The translations under genes and the position numbers were made by a program. A DNA stretch of 37,987 bases from a virus: the IMG/VR virus record IMGVR_UViG_3300045988_061944, positions 1 through 37,987 of that record. One strand, 5' to 3'. Positions 23,781 through 34,177 of the stretch are shown here, in pieces (the stretch's first letter is position 1; each line of letters begins with the position of its first letter). The notes beneath the pieces are model-generated. The model was not told where the DNA came from. It made no database searches and was given only the letters and a program-made list of their open reading frames with translations.

Positions 23781-24748
23781 GAAAAAGAATGAATTTAAGA
23801 CTGTTTGATTTAGATGCATCCCTGATCGACCGTAGCGGTGCAGAATCCCTGATCCCGGAGCAGTATGCAAGGGAGATCATCCAGGGCGTTGTATCAGAAT
23901 CAGCAGTACTGAGAATGGGCAGAAGACTGCCGAACATGAGTTCCAACAAGTACCGCATGCCGGTACTGGACATGCTCCCGATGGCATATTTTGTGAATGG
24001 GGACAACGGACAGAAACAGACCACAAAGATGTCATGGGATAAGAAATACATCACTGCGGAAGAAATTGCAGTCATTGTACCGATCCCGGAAGCAGTTCTG
24101 GAAGACGCAGACTACGATATCTGGGGCGAGGTAAGACCGAGGGTACAGGAAGCTTTTGGAAAGGTGATTGACGGTGCAGTACTTTTTGGAGTTGAAAAAC
24201 CGGCATCCTGGAGGGATGACCTGGTAGCAACCGCAACGAAAGCCGGAAGCGTTGTAAAAACAACGGCTGACCTGTATGCGGATATCATGGGTGAGGATGG
24301 TGTCATTGCAAAGGTAGAGCAGTCCGGCTATTTTGTGAACGGACACGTTGCAGATATTTCCGTAAGGGCGAAACTCAGAGGTCTGAAAGATACGACCGGA
24401 CAGCCAATTTTCAAAACCGATATGCAGTCCGGCACAAATTACACGCTGGACGGTTCCGGTATGTATTTCCCGAACAACGGAACTTTTGATAAAACGAAAG
24501 CACAGATCATCACAGGCGATTTCTCGCAGCTGGTTTATGCGATGCGTCAGGACATTACATTCAAACTCTTCACCGAGGGTGTTGTCCAGAATACAGACGG
24601 CACGATCGCTTATAACCTGATGCAGAACGACATGGTGGCACTGCGTGCAGTTATGCGTCTGGGCTGGGAGATCCCGAACCCGATCAATTCCCAGCAGAAA
24701 GACAAGGCAAAACGTTGTCCGTTTGCAGTCCTTGCACCTGCAGTATGA
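23777..24748 (+). CDS. Major capsid protein (HK97-fold type)
   Basis: MRKRMNLRLFD N-terminus, 323 aa, position after the scaffold. IVPIPEAVLEDADYDIWGEVRPRV is typical of the Phage_capsid family. Confidence 0.85.
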   Translation: MRKRMNLRLFDLDASLIDRSGAESLIPEQYAREIIQGVVSESAVLRMGRRLPNMSSNKYRMPVLDMLPMAYFVNGDNGQKQTTKMSWDKKYITAEEIAVIVPIPEAVLEDADYDIWGEVRPRVQEAFGKVIDGAVLFGVEKPASWRDDLVATATKAGSVVKTTADLYADIMGEDGVIAKVEQSGYFVNGHVADISVRAKLRGLKDTTGQPIFKTDMQSGTNYTLDGSGMYFPNNGTFDKTKAQIITGDFSQLVYAMRQDITFKLFTEGVVQNTDGTIAYNLMQNDMVALRAVMRLGWEIPNPINSQQKDKAKRCPFAVLAPAV

Positions 24749-24771
24749 AAAGAACAGGGAGGCGGTGAAGC

Positions 24772-25149
24772 ATGGCACACTACGCAGAGTTTGGGTACTA
24801 CCGGGATGAATACGAAGGCGGTATCGAAAAAGAAGCAGATTTCAAAAAATGCAGACGCATTGCAGAAAGCTATATTGACCAGTACACACTGAACCGGATC
24901 ACCGATCCGGAAACCGTGCCTGGATTAAAGGACTGTACCTGTGAAATGACAGAAGCGGTCTTTGATGTGTGCTATAAGGATGACGGGCAGGTTAAGAAGT
25001 CCGAAACGACAGACGGGTATTCTGTCACCTACGTGACGGAAGTGTCGGACGGAACAGATTGGACAGCTCTGCTTGGACAGAAGATGTACCAGATCTGCAG
25101 GCGTTACCTGTTCCATACCGGTCTGCTCAGCAGGAGCCTGAAATGCTGA
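24772..25149 (+). CDS. Head-tail connector (gp6-like adaptor)
   Basis: Position and size. YYRDEYEGG...CRRIAESYIDQYT resembles the head-tail connector family. Confidence 0.6.
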   Translation: MAHYAEFGYYRDEYEGGIEKEADFKKCRRIAESYIDQYTLNRITDPETVPGLKDCTCEMTEAVFDVCYKDDGQVKKSETTDGYSVTYVTEVSDGTDWTALLGQKMYQICRRYLFHTGLLSRSLKC

Positions 25150-25481
25150 CCAACACTGACGCAACCCTCTACCACCGCCATTACAATCCAGTTACCCGTC
25201 TGGATGAATGGGAGAGTACATACATCCCGGCACTCTGGTGGTATGAGGCAGAACAGTCCAGCGTCACCACGGAAGGCAGGAAGACCGCGGACACTTTCAC
25301 GGTCCGCATACCAGATATAACAGTCCTGGTAAAAAAGGATGATTACCTGGTAAAAGGTCAGTGCAGCGTGCAGATGAAGACGGCGAAAGACCTGGCCGGC
25401 ACAGAGCATTTCAAGGTGTCGGCGGCAAACTACAACCGGTATGGCGGCAATCCGCACATCAGGGTGACAGGGGGTGCATGA
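25143..25481 (+). CDS. Head closure / head-tail joining protein
   Basis: ATG 25143 follows AGGAGCCTGAA and overlaps the upstream stop; the ORF track starts at 25059. Confidence 0.55.
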   Translation: MLTNTDATLYHRHYNPVTRLDEWESTYIPALWWYEAEQSSVTTEGRKTADTFTVRIPDITVLVKKDDYLVKGQCSVQMKTAKDLAGTEHFKVSAANYNRYGGNPHIRVTGGA

Positions 25482-25867
25482 TGGCAGAGACCAGGAAAAC
25501 GTTCCAGATCCGGCAGCCGCAGGACGTCCGTTACAGCGGACATGGCAGCGGCGGATTCACAGCAAGCCTAGAATGGGATGCCGGGCTTGCAGCAAGGCTT
25601 AACGGAAATCTTGCCAGGGCACAGACCTACGTGGATCAGACATGTATAGACCGTATGGAACCGGAAACACCGTTCCGAAGTGGCACACTGCGGGATGCGG
25701 CAACACTTGGCACGGTCACCGGTTCCGGTCTGATCGTCCAGTCCACACCGTATGCCAGAAGGCAGTACTACGAACACAAAAAGCAGTCCAAATGGTTCGA
25801 ACGCATGAAGAACCGGCACAAGGACAGCATCCAGAAGGAGGCGGGTAAAATTGCATGCGGAAAGTAG
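25478..25867 (+). CDS. HK97 gp10-like head-tail joining / minor capsid protein
   Basis: ATG 25478 or 25481 overlaps the upstream stop. Contains TPFRSGTLRDA...STPYARRQYY. Confidence 0.55.
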   Translation: MMAETRKTFQIRQPQDVRYSGHGSGGFTASLEWDAGLAARLNGNLARAQTYVDQTCIDRMEPETPFRSGTLRDAATLGTVTGSGLIVQSTPYARRQYYEHKKQSKWFERMKNRHKDSIQKEAGKIACGK

Positions 25868-26282
25868 CATCATCGAGAGCATCCGCACATTCTTCCTGAC
25901 CTGTCCGTTTTTACATGACGGCCGGGTCAACGTGGATTACCTGGGGGAGGAGATGAGTTATTCCATCGACCCGCTCCCGTGTGATCCGGTGGTCCAGAAA
26001 TATGTGGATGGCGGGAAAAAGAAGCAGTACCAGTTCGCCATCTGTTCCAAGGAAGTCTATGACGAGGACGCCAGGGTGAATATCGAGAACAGCGGCTTCT
26101 ACCAGGGGCTTCAGGAGTGGCTGGAAGAGTCCTCGGACAATGGGGAACTTCCGGAACTGGCAAACGAAAAACAACATACAATAGCAATCGAAACCTTAAA
26201 CAGCGGTTACCTGTACGATGCCGAAGCTAATCTTGCTACGTATCGTATCGAGTGCCGCTTAATTTATGAACAGGAGGCTTAA
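25851..26282 (+). CDS. Tail completion / terminator-like protein
   Basis: TTG start about 10 nt after AAGGAGG. Position immediately before the major tail protein. Confidence 0.5.
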   Translation: MHAESSIIESIRTFFLTCPFLHDGRVNVDYLGEEMSYSIDPLPCDPVVQKYVDGGKKKQYQFAICSKEVYDEDARVNIENSGFYQGLQEWLEESSDNGELPELANEKQHTIAIETLNSGYLYDAEANLATYRIECRLIYEQEA

Positions 26283-26285
26283 ATT

Positions 26286-26813
26286 ATGACAGGAAAAAAT
26301 AATAAAACGAAATTAGTCAAGAGAACCGGCAGGGTGTCCTTCTACGGCGTACCGGCCAGCGATGGGGCAGAGCCAACAGAATTTACCCGTATGGAGAAGT
26401 TCACGACACTTTCAGAGTCCAAGAACCCGACCACCTATGAACGCCAGTACGTGGACAAGGATTCCAGCGACAGCGACGTGACCGGTTACGGCACCTCATG
26501 GTCCTATAACTTCGACATGCACGAGAATAACCCGATCCTGATGGACATCGCATCCGTGCACGATGACGAGCTGACCGGGGAGACCAGGAACATCGTGGTC
26601 GTGGACTTCTTCGACAAGGGCGAAGCGACCAAAGAGGATGAATTCGTGGCAAGAAAACGTGAGTTCTCCATCCTCCCGGATGCATCCGGTGACGGAACCG
26701 ATGCACTGCAGTATTCCGGGTCGTTCGGCGTGAAGTCCGAACCGGTCAAGGGCTATGCCAAGGTTGCGGCAGACGGCAAGAGCTGCACGTTCCTGGATGC
26801 ACCGACCGTCTGA
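26286..26813 (+). CDS. Major tail protein
   Basis: Position, size of 175 aa, and the pattern KFTTLSESKNPTTYERQYVDKDS...SWSYNFD. Confidence 0.75.
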   Translation: MTGKNNKTKLVKRTGRVSFYGVPASDGAEPTEFTRMEKFTTLSESKNPTTYERQYVDKDSSDSDVTGYGTSWSYNFDMHENNPILMDIASVHDDELTGETRNIVVVDFFDKGEATKEDEFVARKREFSILPDASGDGTDALQYSGSFGVKSEPVKGYAKVAADGKSCTFLDAPTV

Positions 26814-26819
26814 TGATCC

Positions 26820-27386
26820 ATGAAACCATTGTATGAACCACTGCCGAAGAAAGTAGAGGTCGGGGGGATCCCCTACCCGGTCAAGACGGACTTCCGGGCA
26901 GTGCTGAAGCTGATCGGGGAAGTGAAGCAGGCAGGGGAGCCGGGCAGCCGGCTCTTTCTGATCCTGCGGTTATACAAAAAAAAGATTCCGCCGGACATCC
27001 AGGGGGCCGTCCAGGCAGTCACGGATTTCATTGCCGGCATCCGGTCAGCAGAAAAGGAAAAAGAGCGTGAAGGCAGTGGAAAGCAGACGTTCAGCTATGA
27101 GAAGGATGCACCGTATATCGTCAGCGATTTCCGGAACTATTACGGCATTGACCTGCTGGCCTGTAAATATCTGCACTGGCAGAAGTTTCAGATGCTGCTG
27201 GAAGGCCTGCCGGATGATTCCGGCGTAAAGACCCGCATCGGCTACCGCTCGATTGATGCCGGAAAGATCAGGGACAAACAGGAACGCCAGCGGATCCAGA
27301 AGATCCAGCGGGCAATATCCCTGGAAGACGAGCGGGATGAGGAACAGATCGGTGACCTGTTCGCGGCTGCGATGTGGGGAGACTGA
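26820..27386 (+). CDS. Tail assembly chaperone (phage Gp15-like)
   Basis: Lies between the major tail and tape measure genes. Contains VGGIPYPVKTDFRAVLKL. Confidence 0.65.
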   Translation: MKPLYEPLPKKVEVGGIPYPVKTDFRAVLKLIGEVKQAGEPGSRLFLILRLYKKKIPPDIQGAVQAVTDFIAGIRSAEKEKEREGSGKQTFSYEKDAPYIVSDFRNYYGIDLLACKYLHWQKFQMLLEGLPDDSGVKTRIGYRSIDAGKIRDKQERQRIQKIQRAISLEDERDEEQIGDLFAAAMWGD

Positions 27387-27407
27387 TAAGAAGATGGGAG
27401 GCAGGAA

Positions 27408-30400
27408 ATGGCAGACGGAACACTAAGATTTGACACTGAGATCGACGAGAGTGGATTTCAGAAAGGCTTAAAGCGGATCGAGCAGGCAGCGAAGGGTGCA
27501 ACGCAGCAGACTGCCTCCGATGCACGGGATGCGGCAAAACAGGCAGAGCAGGCCGTTTCCCAGGCGACAGAGGAAGCAGGGAAAGAGGCAGAAAAAGCGG
27601 CAAAGCAGGTGGAAAATGCACTGGAAGATGTGCAGGACGCAGCAGAAGATGCGGCGGATGCGGTCACAGATGCGGCGGAAGATGCCGGGCAGGATGCCGC
27701 AGAGTCCGTGCAGGACGCTGTGGACAACATTGTGGAATCTGTGGAAGAAGCAGGCGAGAGTGCAGCGGAAGCGGTAGAGGATGCCATGTCGGACGTTGCG
27801 GACAGCGTTTCGGATGCGGCAAAAGACGTGGGAGACAGTGCCTCTGACATAGGCGACAGCATCGGGGACGGGTTCGAAGAAGGGACAGACCAGGCAAGTA
27901 CAGCCATTGATGCCCTTGCACAGGCCCTGGTAGCTGCCGGGGTAACGGCATCCGTGAAGGCGATTACGGACGCACTCATGGGCTGCACGCAGGCAAGCAT
28001 GGAGTTCGAAACGGCGATGGCCAAGGTTGGCACGATTGCAGATGAGTCGCAGAAGCCGCTCGGTGATATGAGGAACGAGATCCTGGCATTGTCCAGTGAA
28101 ACCGGCAAGAGTGTCGGGGAACTGGCAGAAGCGACCTACCAGGCCATTTCTGCATCGGTAGCGACCGAAAGTGCGGTGGATTTTGTCGGTACAGCGAACA
28201 AGCTGGCTGTCGGTGGGTTTTCCGACACCACGACCGCCGTGGACATCCTGACGACCGCCATCAATGCCTATGGTATGTCTGCGGATGATGCAGCGAAGAT
28301 TTCAGACGTCCTGATCACGACACAGAACTTAGGTAAGACATCCGTTGCACAGTTAGGTGCCAGCATGGGCATGGTCATCCCACTGACGGCGGCGTACAAC
28401 ATGAACCTGGAAGACCTGGCAGCCAGCTACGCATTGCTGACCGCCAACGGTACGCAGACCGCACAGGCAACGACCTACGTCAAGGCGGCACTGAATGAGC
28501 TTGGAAGCACAAGTTCCGCTGTTGGATCAACGCTCAAGAAGCAGACCGGCAAGACTTTCGCGGAATTGATGGCAGAGGGCAATTCACTTGGAGATGTGCT
28601 GCAGGTACTGGCCGACAGCGTGGACGGTGACACGACCGCATTCAACAACATGTGGTCGAGTTCCGAGGCCGGCGTCGGTATGCTGTCCATCCTGAACAGC
28701 GGAACGTCCAAATACAACAGCCTGGTGCAGGCGATGGAAGGAAGCACCGGGGCGGCGACTACCGCATTTGAGAAGATGTCAGAAACCGGGGAATTTGCCC
28801 AGCAGCGTTTCCAGAACGCCACCGAGAACCTGAAGATAGCGATCGGGGATGAGCTTGCACCGGTGCTGATGGAACTCCAGCAGAGCGGGGCAGATGCGAT
28901 GGAATGGGCAACGGAGTTTGTCAAGGAACACCCGGAAGTTGTGGCGGCAGTCACGGCACTGGCGGCAGCCCTTGCAGTGCTGGCAGCGGCACTGGTCGGT
29001 TTGCTGGTCGTTCAGCAGGTTACAACAGCATTTACGAAGTTTTCAGCAGCACTCCTTGCGAATCCAGTCGGTGCGGTGGCAGTAGCCCTTACAGCCCTTA
29101 CAGCCCTTACAGCGGCGGCCGTTGCATTCGGTGCGGTCATGAAAGACCGGACATCGGAGTCAGTAAAGAACCGGAAGGCGATCGATCAGTGCAAGGATTC
29201 CTACGATGAGCTGAAAGACAGCATGGAAGAGCATGCGAAAGAGAGAAAAGAAAGCATCAAAAGTGCGAAAACAGAAGCGGCTACCTACCAGAACCTTGCG
29301 GACAAACTCTACGATCTGGCGGATAAAACAAATAAAACAGCCTCAGATAAAGCACAGATGAACACGATCGTCGACCAGCTCAACGGAGCCATGCCGGAGC
29401 TTGGACTTTCCATTGATGAAACAACCGGGGCACTGAACAGGGAGAAATCCGCAGTGGATGCCGTGATCGATTCCATGAAGCAGCAGGCACTTGCAAATGC
29501 TTATCAGGAACAGGCAAACAAGGCGGCTTCTGATCTGGCAGAGGCACAGATCCAGCTGTCAGAAGCGGAAGAAGTGCTCAACGACCTACGGTCACAGGCA
29601 GTAAAGAAAATCAATGAACATAACGCTGCAGTACAGGATGGCACGGAATCCGTGCAGGAAATGGCGAGCAGTTACGCAGCGGCCGGCGAACCGGTCGATA
29701 AATATGCATTGCAGCTGAACGCCCTGAACGGCCAGATAAAAGAACAGAAAGAAGTCGTTGCCGGCTTACAGGGGACAACTTCGGAAGCAGATGAAAGATA
29801 CAACAAAATAGCGGAGAAAGCTTACGAGTATAAAACCGCTGTTGAAGAATCAAACCAGGGCGTATCAGACTCCGCAACAGAAATGTCTGACGAGGTCAAA
29901 CAAGCCTACGAGGACATGAAAACGTCCATCCAGAACAGTCTGGAGGGTGCAACGGATGCGTTCAAGAAGTTTTCCGGAGGCGAAGAGATCGACAAAGGCA
30001 AGATCATAGAGAATCTGGAAAGTCAGGCCAAAGGAGTAGAAGAGTGGGGACAAAACCTGAAAGCTCTTGCAGGTCGGGCAGGGGAGGGGATGACCAAAGA
30101 ACTATATGATTACCTGGTCAAATTAGGACCCCAGAGTGCAAATCTGGTCAAATCCTTCACCCAGATGACAAGTGATGAATTACAAGATGCAGCAACGGCG
30201 TTTTCGCAGGCTGGTGGTGAACTTTCAGAAGGCATTACGAGTGAACTGGCCACTGCATCTGCGAACTGGGAGAATGCAGGGCAGGAAATTGCCCGGAAAG
30301 CAGGCGAAGCCGGAGAGAAGAGCGGCAAGGAACATACAGAAAAGGCAAAAAGCGGGATCGAATCCGGCCAGAAGGAAGTCACAGAGGCAGCCAAGAAAGG

Positions 30401-32303
30401 CGGAGAGGAAGCCGGAAAAGTGTCGCAGAAAGCAACGGCGGACGGGATCCAGCAGAATTCTGGGCAGGTGTCACAGGCGGCGAGCAGTTCCATCCGGAAA
30501 GCGGAAGACGCAGCACTGGGATATTACAACGGGTTCTATAACGTTGGTGCGAACCTGATGCGTGGAACCGTTGCCGGTATGACAGCCAATTCCCCCGCAG
30601 TCGAAGAAGCTGCAAGGGCAGCGGTCAGAAATGCAGTTGCCGGGGCAAAAAAGGAAGGCAACATAAAATCCCCGTCCCGTGTCATGCGTGACGAAGTCGG
30701 TGAGATGCTGGCGGCCGGTATGGCAGTCGGTATTGATGAAGGCAGCGGAGATGTTGAGAAGAGTGCCAGAAATCTCGCAAAAGTGTCTGTGGATGCCACC
30801 AAAGACGAACTTGGCATCCATTCCCCGTCCAAGGTTTTCAAGGACGAGATCGGTAAACACATCGTCGGAGGTGTGATCAAGGGCATTGAAGCCGAAGTCC
30901 CGAAGCTGAAAAAAACCATGAAGAAGATGTCCGAGGAAGCTGTCAAGGCAGCCGGTGAAGTGGATGCGGCAAAGGGCGGTTATTCCGATGCGGCGTCTGC
31001 GATCATGGAATCCATCACCAGCGGGCTTGACAAGCGTCAGGAGCTTCTGGTGTCGAAACTGGATAACAAGATTGACGGCTATGTGGATAAGGTTGTAAAA
31101 AAATACGAAAAACTGGCCGAAGACAAGAAAACAGAGGCGGGCAATACCACAGACGCAACGCAGAAGAAAAAGCTCCAGGAAGAAGCAAAAAAGCTCCGGA
31201 AGAATGCCAAAAAGATCAAGAACTATGCCAACAAATACACATCAACGTTCATGGATGCCCTGAAAGAAGGGACAGAGAAAGCTTACAGTAAGATCGAAGA
31301 TGACTTAGACAAGAAGCTGGACGAGATCGCAGACAAGTACCAGAAAGCTTACGACAAGATCATCTCATTTCGGGACGACATGAAAAAGAAGATGTCAGAG
31401 CCGGTCAATATGTACGACCTGGACACCCAGCTGACACAAGTCGAGCGGTACCAGGAAGGTCTGAAAAAGCTCAAGGACAAGATACCGGAAAGCCTGATGG
31501 ACCAGATCCTTGGCATGGACTTGAACGAGGCAGACAACTTAGTGGAGCACCTGAACGCAATGTCAGCGGAAGAACTGGCGGCGTACAAGAAGAAATGGGA
31601 ACAGCTGCAGAGTTCGTCCGAAACCTACAGCAAGGAATTTTTCGAACAGCGTCTGACAGACACAAAAGCCGGATGGACGAAAGAAGTGGAAGAGGCAACC
31701 AAGACCGCACAGGAAGCAGCCGAAGAAGCCGGAAAGAAGATCGCCAAGAGCCTGATCAAGAGTCTGAATGGCGAAAAAGAAACGCTGAAAAAATCCATGC
31801 GGGGCATTGCAAAGGATATGATCGAAGCGTTCAAAAAAGCGTTTGGGCTTGGAAAAGACGGCAAAAAAGCAGAAAGCAGCAAAGCGACAGCAGAGGCAAA
31901 GGAGACTGGAACTGCAGCTTCGGGCAAGACATCAGCAAAGAAAAAGAAAACGACTGCCAAAACCAAAAAGGAAGAAAAAGAATGGCAGGTATACCGGGAA
32001 ACAAAAGAATATGAAAAAGCCAGGAAGAAAATCGAGCAGGGCACCCAGGCGGAAATGCAGGCAGTCATGGCAGAAGTGGAAAGGATGCAGAACACAATTG
32101 CAAGCCTGGAATCCATGGGTGCAAGCCCGACGGTCAACGTGTCATCACCACAGATCAGCCTGGCAAATAATCAGCCGGTGCAGTTACAGGCTGAGATCCA
32201 TACCACGGTCGACCTGGATGGAAGGACGGTGGGCAAGGCGGTCACACCATACGTCAATGAAAACATGAACACAATACGGAACCGGCAGAGGAGGGGAAGC
32301 TGA
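27408..32303 (+). CDS. Tail tape measure protein
   Basis: 1631 aa with a TP901-type core (FETAMAKVGTIADES...), a central hydrophobic Ala/Leu/Val segment and a coiled-coil-rich remainder. Confidence 0.95.
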   Translation: MADGTLRFDTEIDESGFQKGLKRIEQAAKGATQQTASDARDAAKQAEQAVSQATEEAGKEAEKAAKQVENALEDVQDAAEDAADAVTDAAEDAGQDAAESVQDAVDNIVESVEEAGESAAEAVEDAMSDVADSVSDAAKDVGDSASDIGDSIGDGFEEGTDQASTAIDALAQALVAAGVTASVKAITDALMGCTQASMEFETAMAKVGTIADESQKPLGDMRNEILALSSETGKSVGELAEATYQAISASVATESAVDFVGTANKLAVGGFSDTTTAVDILTTAINAYGMSADDAAKISDVLITTQNLGKTSVAQLGASMGMVIPLTAAYNMNLEDLAASYALLTANGTQTAQATTYVKAALNELGSTSSAVGSTLKKQTGKTFAELMAEGNSLGDVLQVLADSVDGDTTAFNNMWSSSEAGVGMLSILNSGTSKYNSLVQAMEGSTGAATTAFEKMSETGEFAQQRFQNATENLKIAIGDELAPVLMELQQSGADAMEWATEFVKEHPEVVAAVTALAAALAVLAAALVGLLVVQQVTTAFTKFSAALLANPVGAVAVALTALTALTAAAVAFGAVMKDRTSESVKNRKAIDQCKDSYDELKDSMEEHAKERKESIKSAKTEAATYQNLADKLYDLADKTNKTASDKAQMNTIVDQLNGAMPELGLSIDETTGALNREKSAVDAVIDSMKQQALANAYQEQANKAASDLAEAQIQLSEAEEVLNDLRSQAVKKINEHNAAVQDGTESVQEMASSYAAAGEPVDKYALQLNALNGQIKEQKEVVAGLQGTTSEADERYNKIAEKAYEYKTAVEESNQGVSDSATEMSDEVKQAYEDMKTSIQNSLEGATDAFKKFSGGEEIDKGKIIENLESQAKGVEEWGQNLKALAGRAGEGMTKELYDYLVKLGPQSANLVKSFTQMTSDELQDAATAFSQAGGELSEGITSELATASANWENAGQEIARKAGEAGEKSGKEHTEKAKSGIESGQKEVTEAAKKGGEEAGKVSQKATADGIQQNSGQVSQAASSSIRKAEDAALGYYNGFYNVGANLMRGTVAGMTANSPAVEEAARAAVRNAVAGAKKEGNIKSPSRVMRDEVGEMLAAGMAVGIDEGSGDVEKSARNLAKVSVDATKDELGIHSPSKVFKDEIGKHIVGGVIKGIEAEVPKLKKTMKKMSEEAVKAAGEVDAAKGGYSDAASAIMESITSGLDKRQELLVSKLDNKIDGYVDKVVKKYEKLAEDKKTEAGNTTDATQKKKLQEEAKKLRKNAKKIKNYANKYTSTFMDALKEGTEKAYSKIEDDLDKKLDEIADKYQKAYDKIISFRDDMKKKMSEPVNMYDLDTQLTQVERYQEGLKKLKDKIPESLMDQILGMDLNEADNLVEHLNAMSAEELAAYKKKWEQLQSSSETYSKEFFEQRLTDTKAGWTKEVEEATKTAQEAAEEAGKKIAKSLIKSLNGEKETLKKSMRGIAKDMIEAFKKAFGLGKDGKKAESSKATAEAKETGTAASGKTSAKKKKTTAKTKKEEKEWQVYRETKEYEKARKKIEQGTQAEMQAVMAEVERMQNTIASLESMGASPTVNVSSPQISLANNQPVQLQAEIHTTVDLDGRTVGKAVTPYVNENMNTIRNRQRRGS

Positions 32304-32989
32304 TGGATGTACAGATCGGAAAGTATAAAATGGGCGATTTTGGGCTGAAACTGTTGGGTGTGGACCTTGGTACGCCGTCCGTCCGGAAAAGTACCGTGAC
32401 CATCCCCGGCAGGAACGGTGCACTGGACTTGACGGAAGCCATTACCGGTTTCCCAGTGTACGACAATGCAACACATAAGCTGACGTTCGACTTCAAGGAC
32501 GGGACTTACAGCACCTGGCTGTCAAAAGCCAGTGACATCCGCGGGAAACTGCACGGCAGGCGGCTCCCGGTCATCTTCGGGGATGACGGCTATTATTACG
32601 ATGCCAGGGTAAGCGTGGACAGCAGCAAGCTCAACCAGCATTACAGTCAGATCGTGGTCACACTGGATGCAGAGCCGTACAAGCTGGCACGGAAAACGTC
32701 ACTGGATGACTGGGAATGGGACAGATTCAATTTTGAAACGGATATCATCAGAGACTATAAAAACATCCCGGTACCGGGTGAAATCACGGTCGTAGGGGAT
32801 GTGATGCCGACGGGGTGTGTTTTTGAAGCTTCGGCGGCGGTCACAGTGACATATGACGGAAAAAGCTACCAGATCCCAAAAGGGCACAGTACGGTGCCTG
32901 ATATCCTGATCACAGAGGGCATCCATACCATGCAGTTTAAAGGGGATGGCGGCACGGTTTCCGTAGAATACAGAGGGGGCAGGTTCTAA
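32303..32989 (+). CDS. Distal tail protein (Dit)
   Basis: Immediately follows the TMP with an overlapping stop and start. 228 aa. Confidence 0.7.
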   Translation: MDVQIGKYKMGDFGLKLLGVDLGTPSVRKSTVTIPGRNGALDLTEAITGFPVYDNATHKLTFDFKDGTYSTWLSKASDIRGKLHGRRLPVIFGDDGYYYDARVSVDSSKLNQHYSQIVVTLDAEPYKLARKTSLDDWEWDRFNFETDIIRDYKNIPVPGEITVVGDVMPTGCVFEASAAVTVTYDGKSYQIPKGHSTVPDILITEGIHTMQFKGDGGTVSVEYRGGRF

Positions 32990-34158
32990 TGTATAAGATC
33001 ACGCTGGATGGTTCCTACCTGTACCATCCGTGGATAAGAGGCCGCTGCATTACGGAAGGGGCACTGACTCAGGAAGTCAACAAAAACGGCTCCTGTGATG
33101 TTTCGATCGTCCTGGACCATCCGCTTGCGGCATCCGTCCTGCGGCGAAAGTCCATGCTGGAAGTAATCCGGTTCGGCCTGACGGGTAGTGAGAAGACGAT
33201 CTACCGGGGCGTTGTGATGAACACCGTCGAAGACAGGGATCTTGAGATGGAGATCCAGACAGAAGGCGACCTAGTATTTTTTCAGGACAGCATCATCCGT
33301 CCATTCCACAAGACCGGCACGGATGTACCGGGAAAGACAACGCCAGGAAATTATTTCAAGTGGCTGGTTAAGAAGCACAACGAACAGGTGGATGATTTCA
33401 AGCAGTTCCTGATCGGTCAGGTGACTATTACCGGGGAAGCGGCAGACCGGGAGCGGAACGATTACAGCACCACGAGGGACATAATGGATGAACTCGTCGC
33501 AGAAAGCGGCGGGTATATCCGAACACGAACCGTCGGCGGTGTGCACTATATTGATTACCTGGCAGAATATGAACAGGCAGGCGGCCAGGATATACGGCAG
33601 GGGCAGAACATAATTGATGTTACCAAGAACGTCAAGACGGATGACCTTGCAACACGTCTGATCCCGCTCGGGGCATCGACGTCAAACAACGAATGGCCGG
33701 TCACGATCGCAAATGTAAACGGTGGCAAGGATTACCTGGAAGACGCGGCAGCCGTGAAAGAATACGGCATCATCACGAAGACCGTGGAGTTTTCCGAAAT
33801 ACAGGACCCCACGAAGCTGAAAGAAGAAGGCGAAAAGGCATTTAAGAAGATCAACGGGGTAAATCTGGTGACAGAATTATCTGCAATCGACCTGTCGGAT
33901 GCCGGTTATGATGTGGATATGCTGCGGATCGGTGAAAAGGTTTTTTGTGCAGCACCCACGTACAACATACAGCAGCAGCTGCAGATCACGAAGAAGGTGA
34001 CAGACCTGTTAAAACCGGCAAACAGCAAGGTCACGCTTGGCGGTACGGCATTAACATACACACAGCAACAGCTACAGGCAGGGCAGGGGCGTGTGAAGTA
34101 TACAACAGTAACGGCGATAACGAATGGGCAGATTGATGAGATCTGCATTTACAGTTAA
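32989..34158 (+). CDS. Tail-associated protein (Tal-like, N-terminal structural domain only)
   Basis: Position after Dit, 389 aa. No obvious lytic domain. Confidence 0.65.
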   Translation: MYKITLDGSYLYHPWIRGRCITEGALTQEVNKNGSCDVSIVLDHPLAASVLRRKSMLEVIRFGLTGSEKTIYRGVVMNTVEDRDLEMEIQTEGDLVFFQDSIIRPFHKTGTDVPGKTTPGNYFKWLVKKHNEQVDDFKQFLIGQVTITGEAADRERNDYSTTRDIMDELVAESGGYIRTRTVGGVHYIDYLAEYEQAGGQDIRQGQNIIDVTKNVKTDDLATRLIPLGASTSNNEWPVTIANVNGGKDYLEDAAAVKEYGIITKTVEFSEIQDPTKLKEEGEKAFKKINGVNLVTELSAIDLSDAGYDVDMLRIGEKVFCAAPTYNIQQQLQITKKVTDLLKPANSKVTLGGTALTYTQQQLQAGQGRVKYTTVTAITNGQIDEICIYS

Positions 34159-34177
34159 AAGAAAGGAAGAAAACATT

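Noticed and set aside
26820-27408. An expected G/GT-type -1 programmed frameshift in the tail chaperone region.
   Set aside because: Only one chaperone ORF fits between the major tail protein and the TMP. It ends 21 nt before the TMP start. I see no slippery heptamer with an extended overlapping frame, and track ORF 27031-27228 is short and internal.
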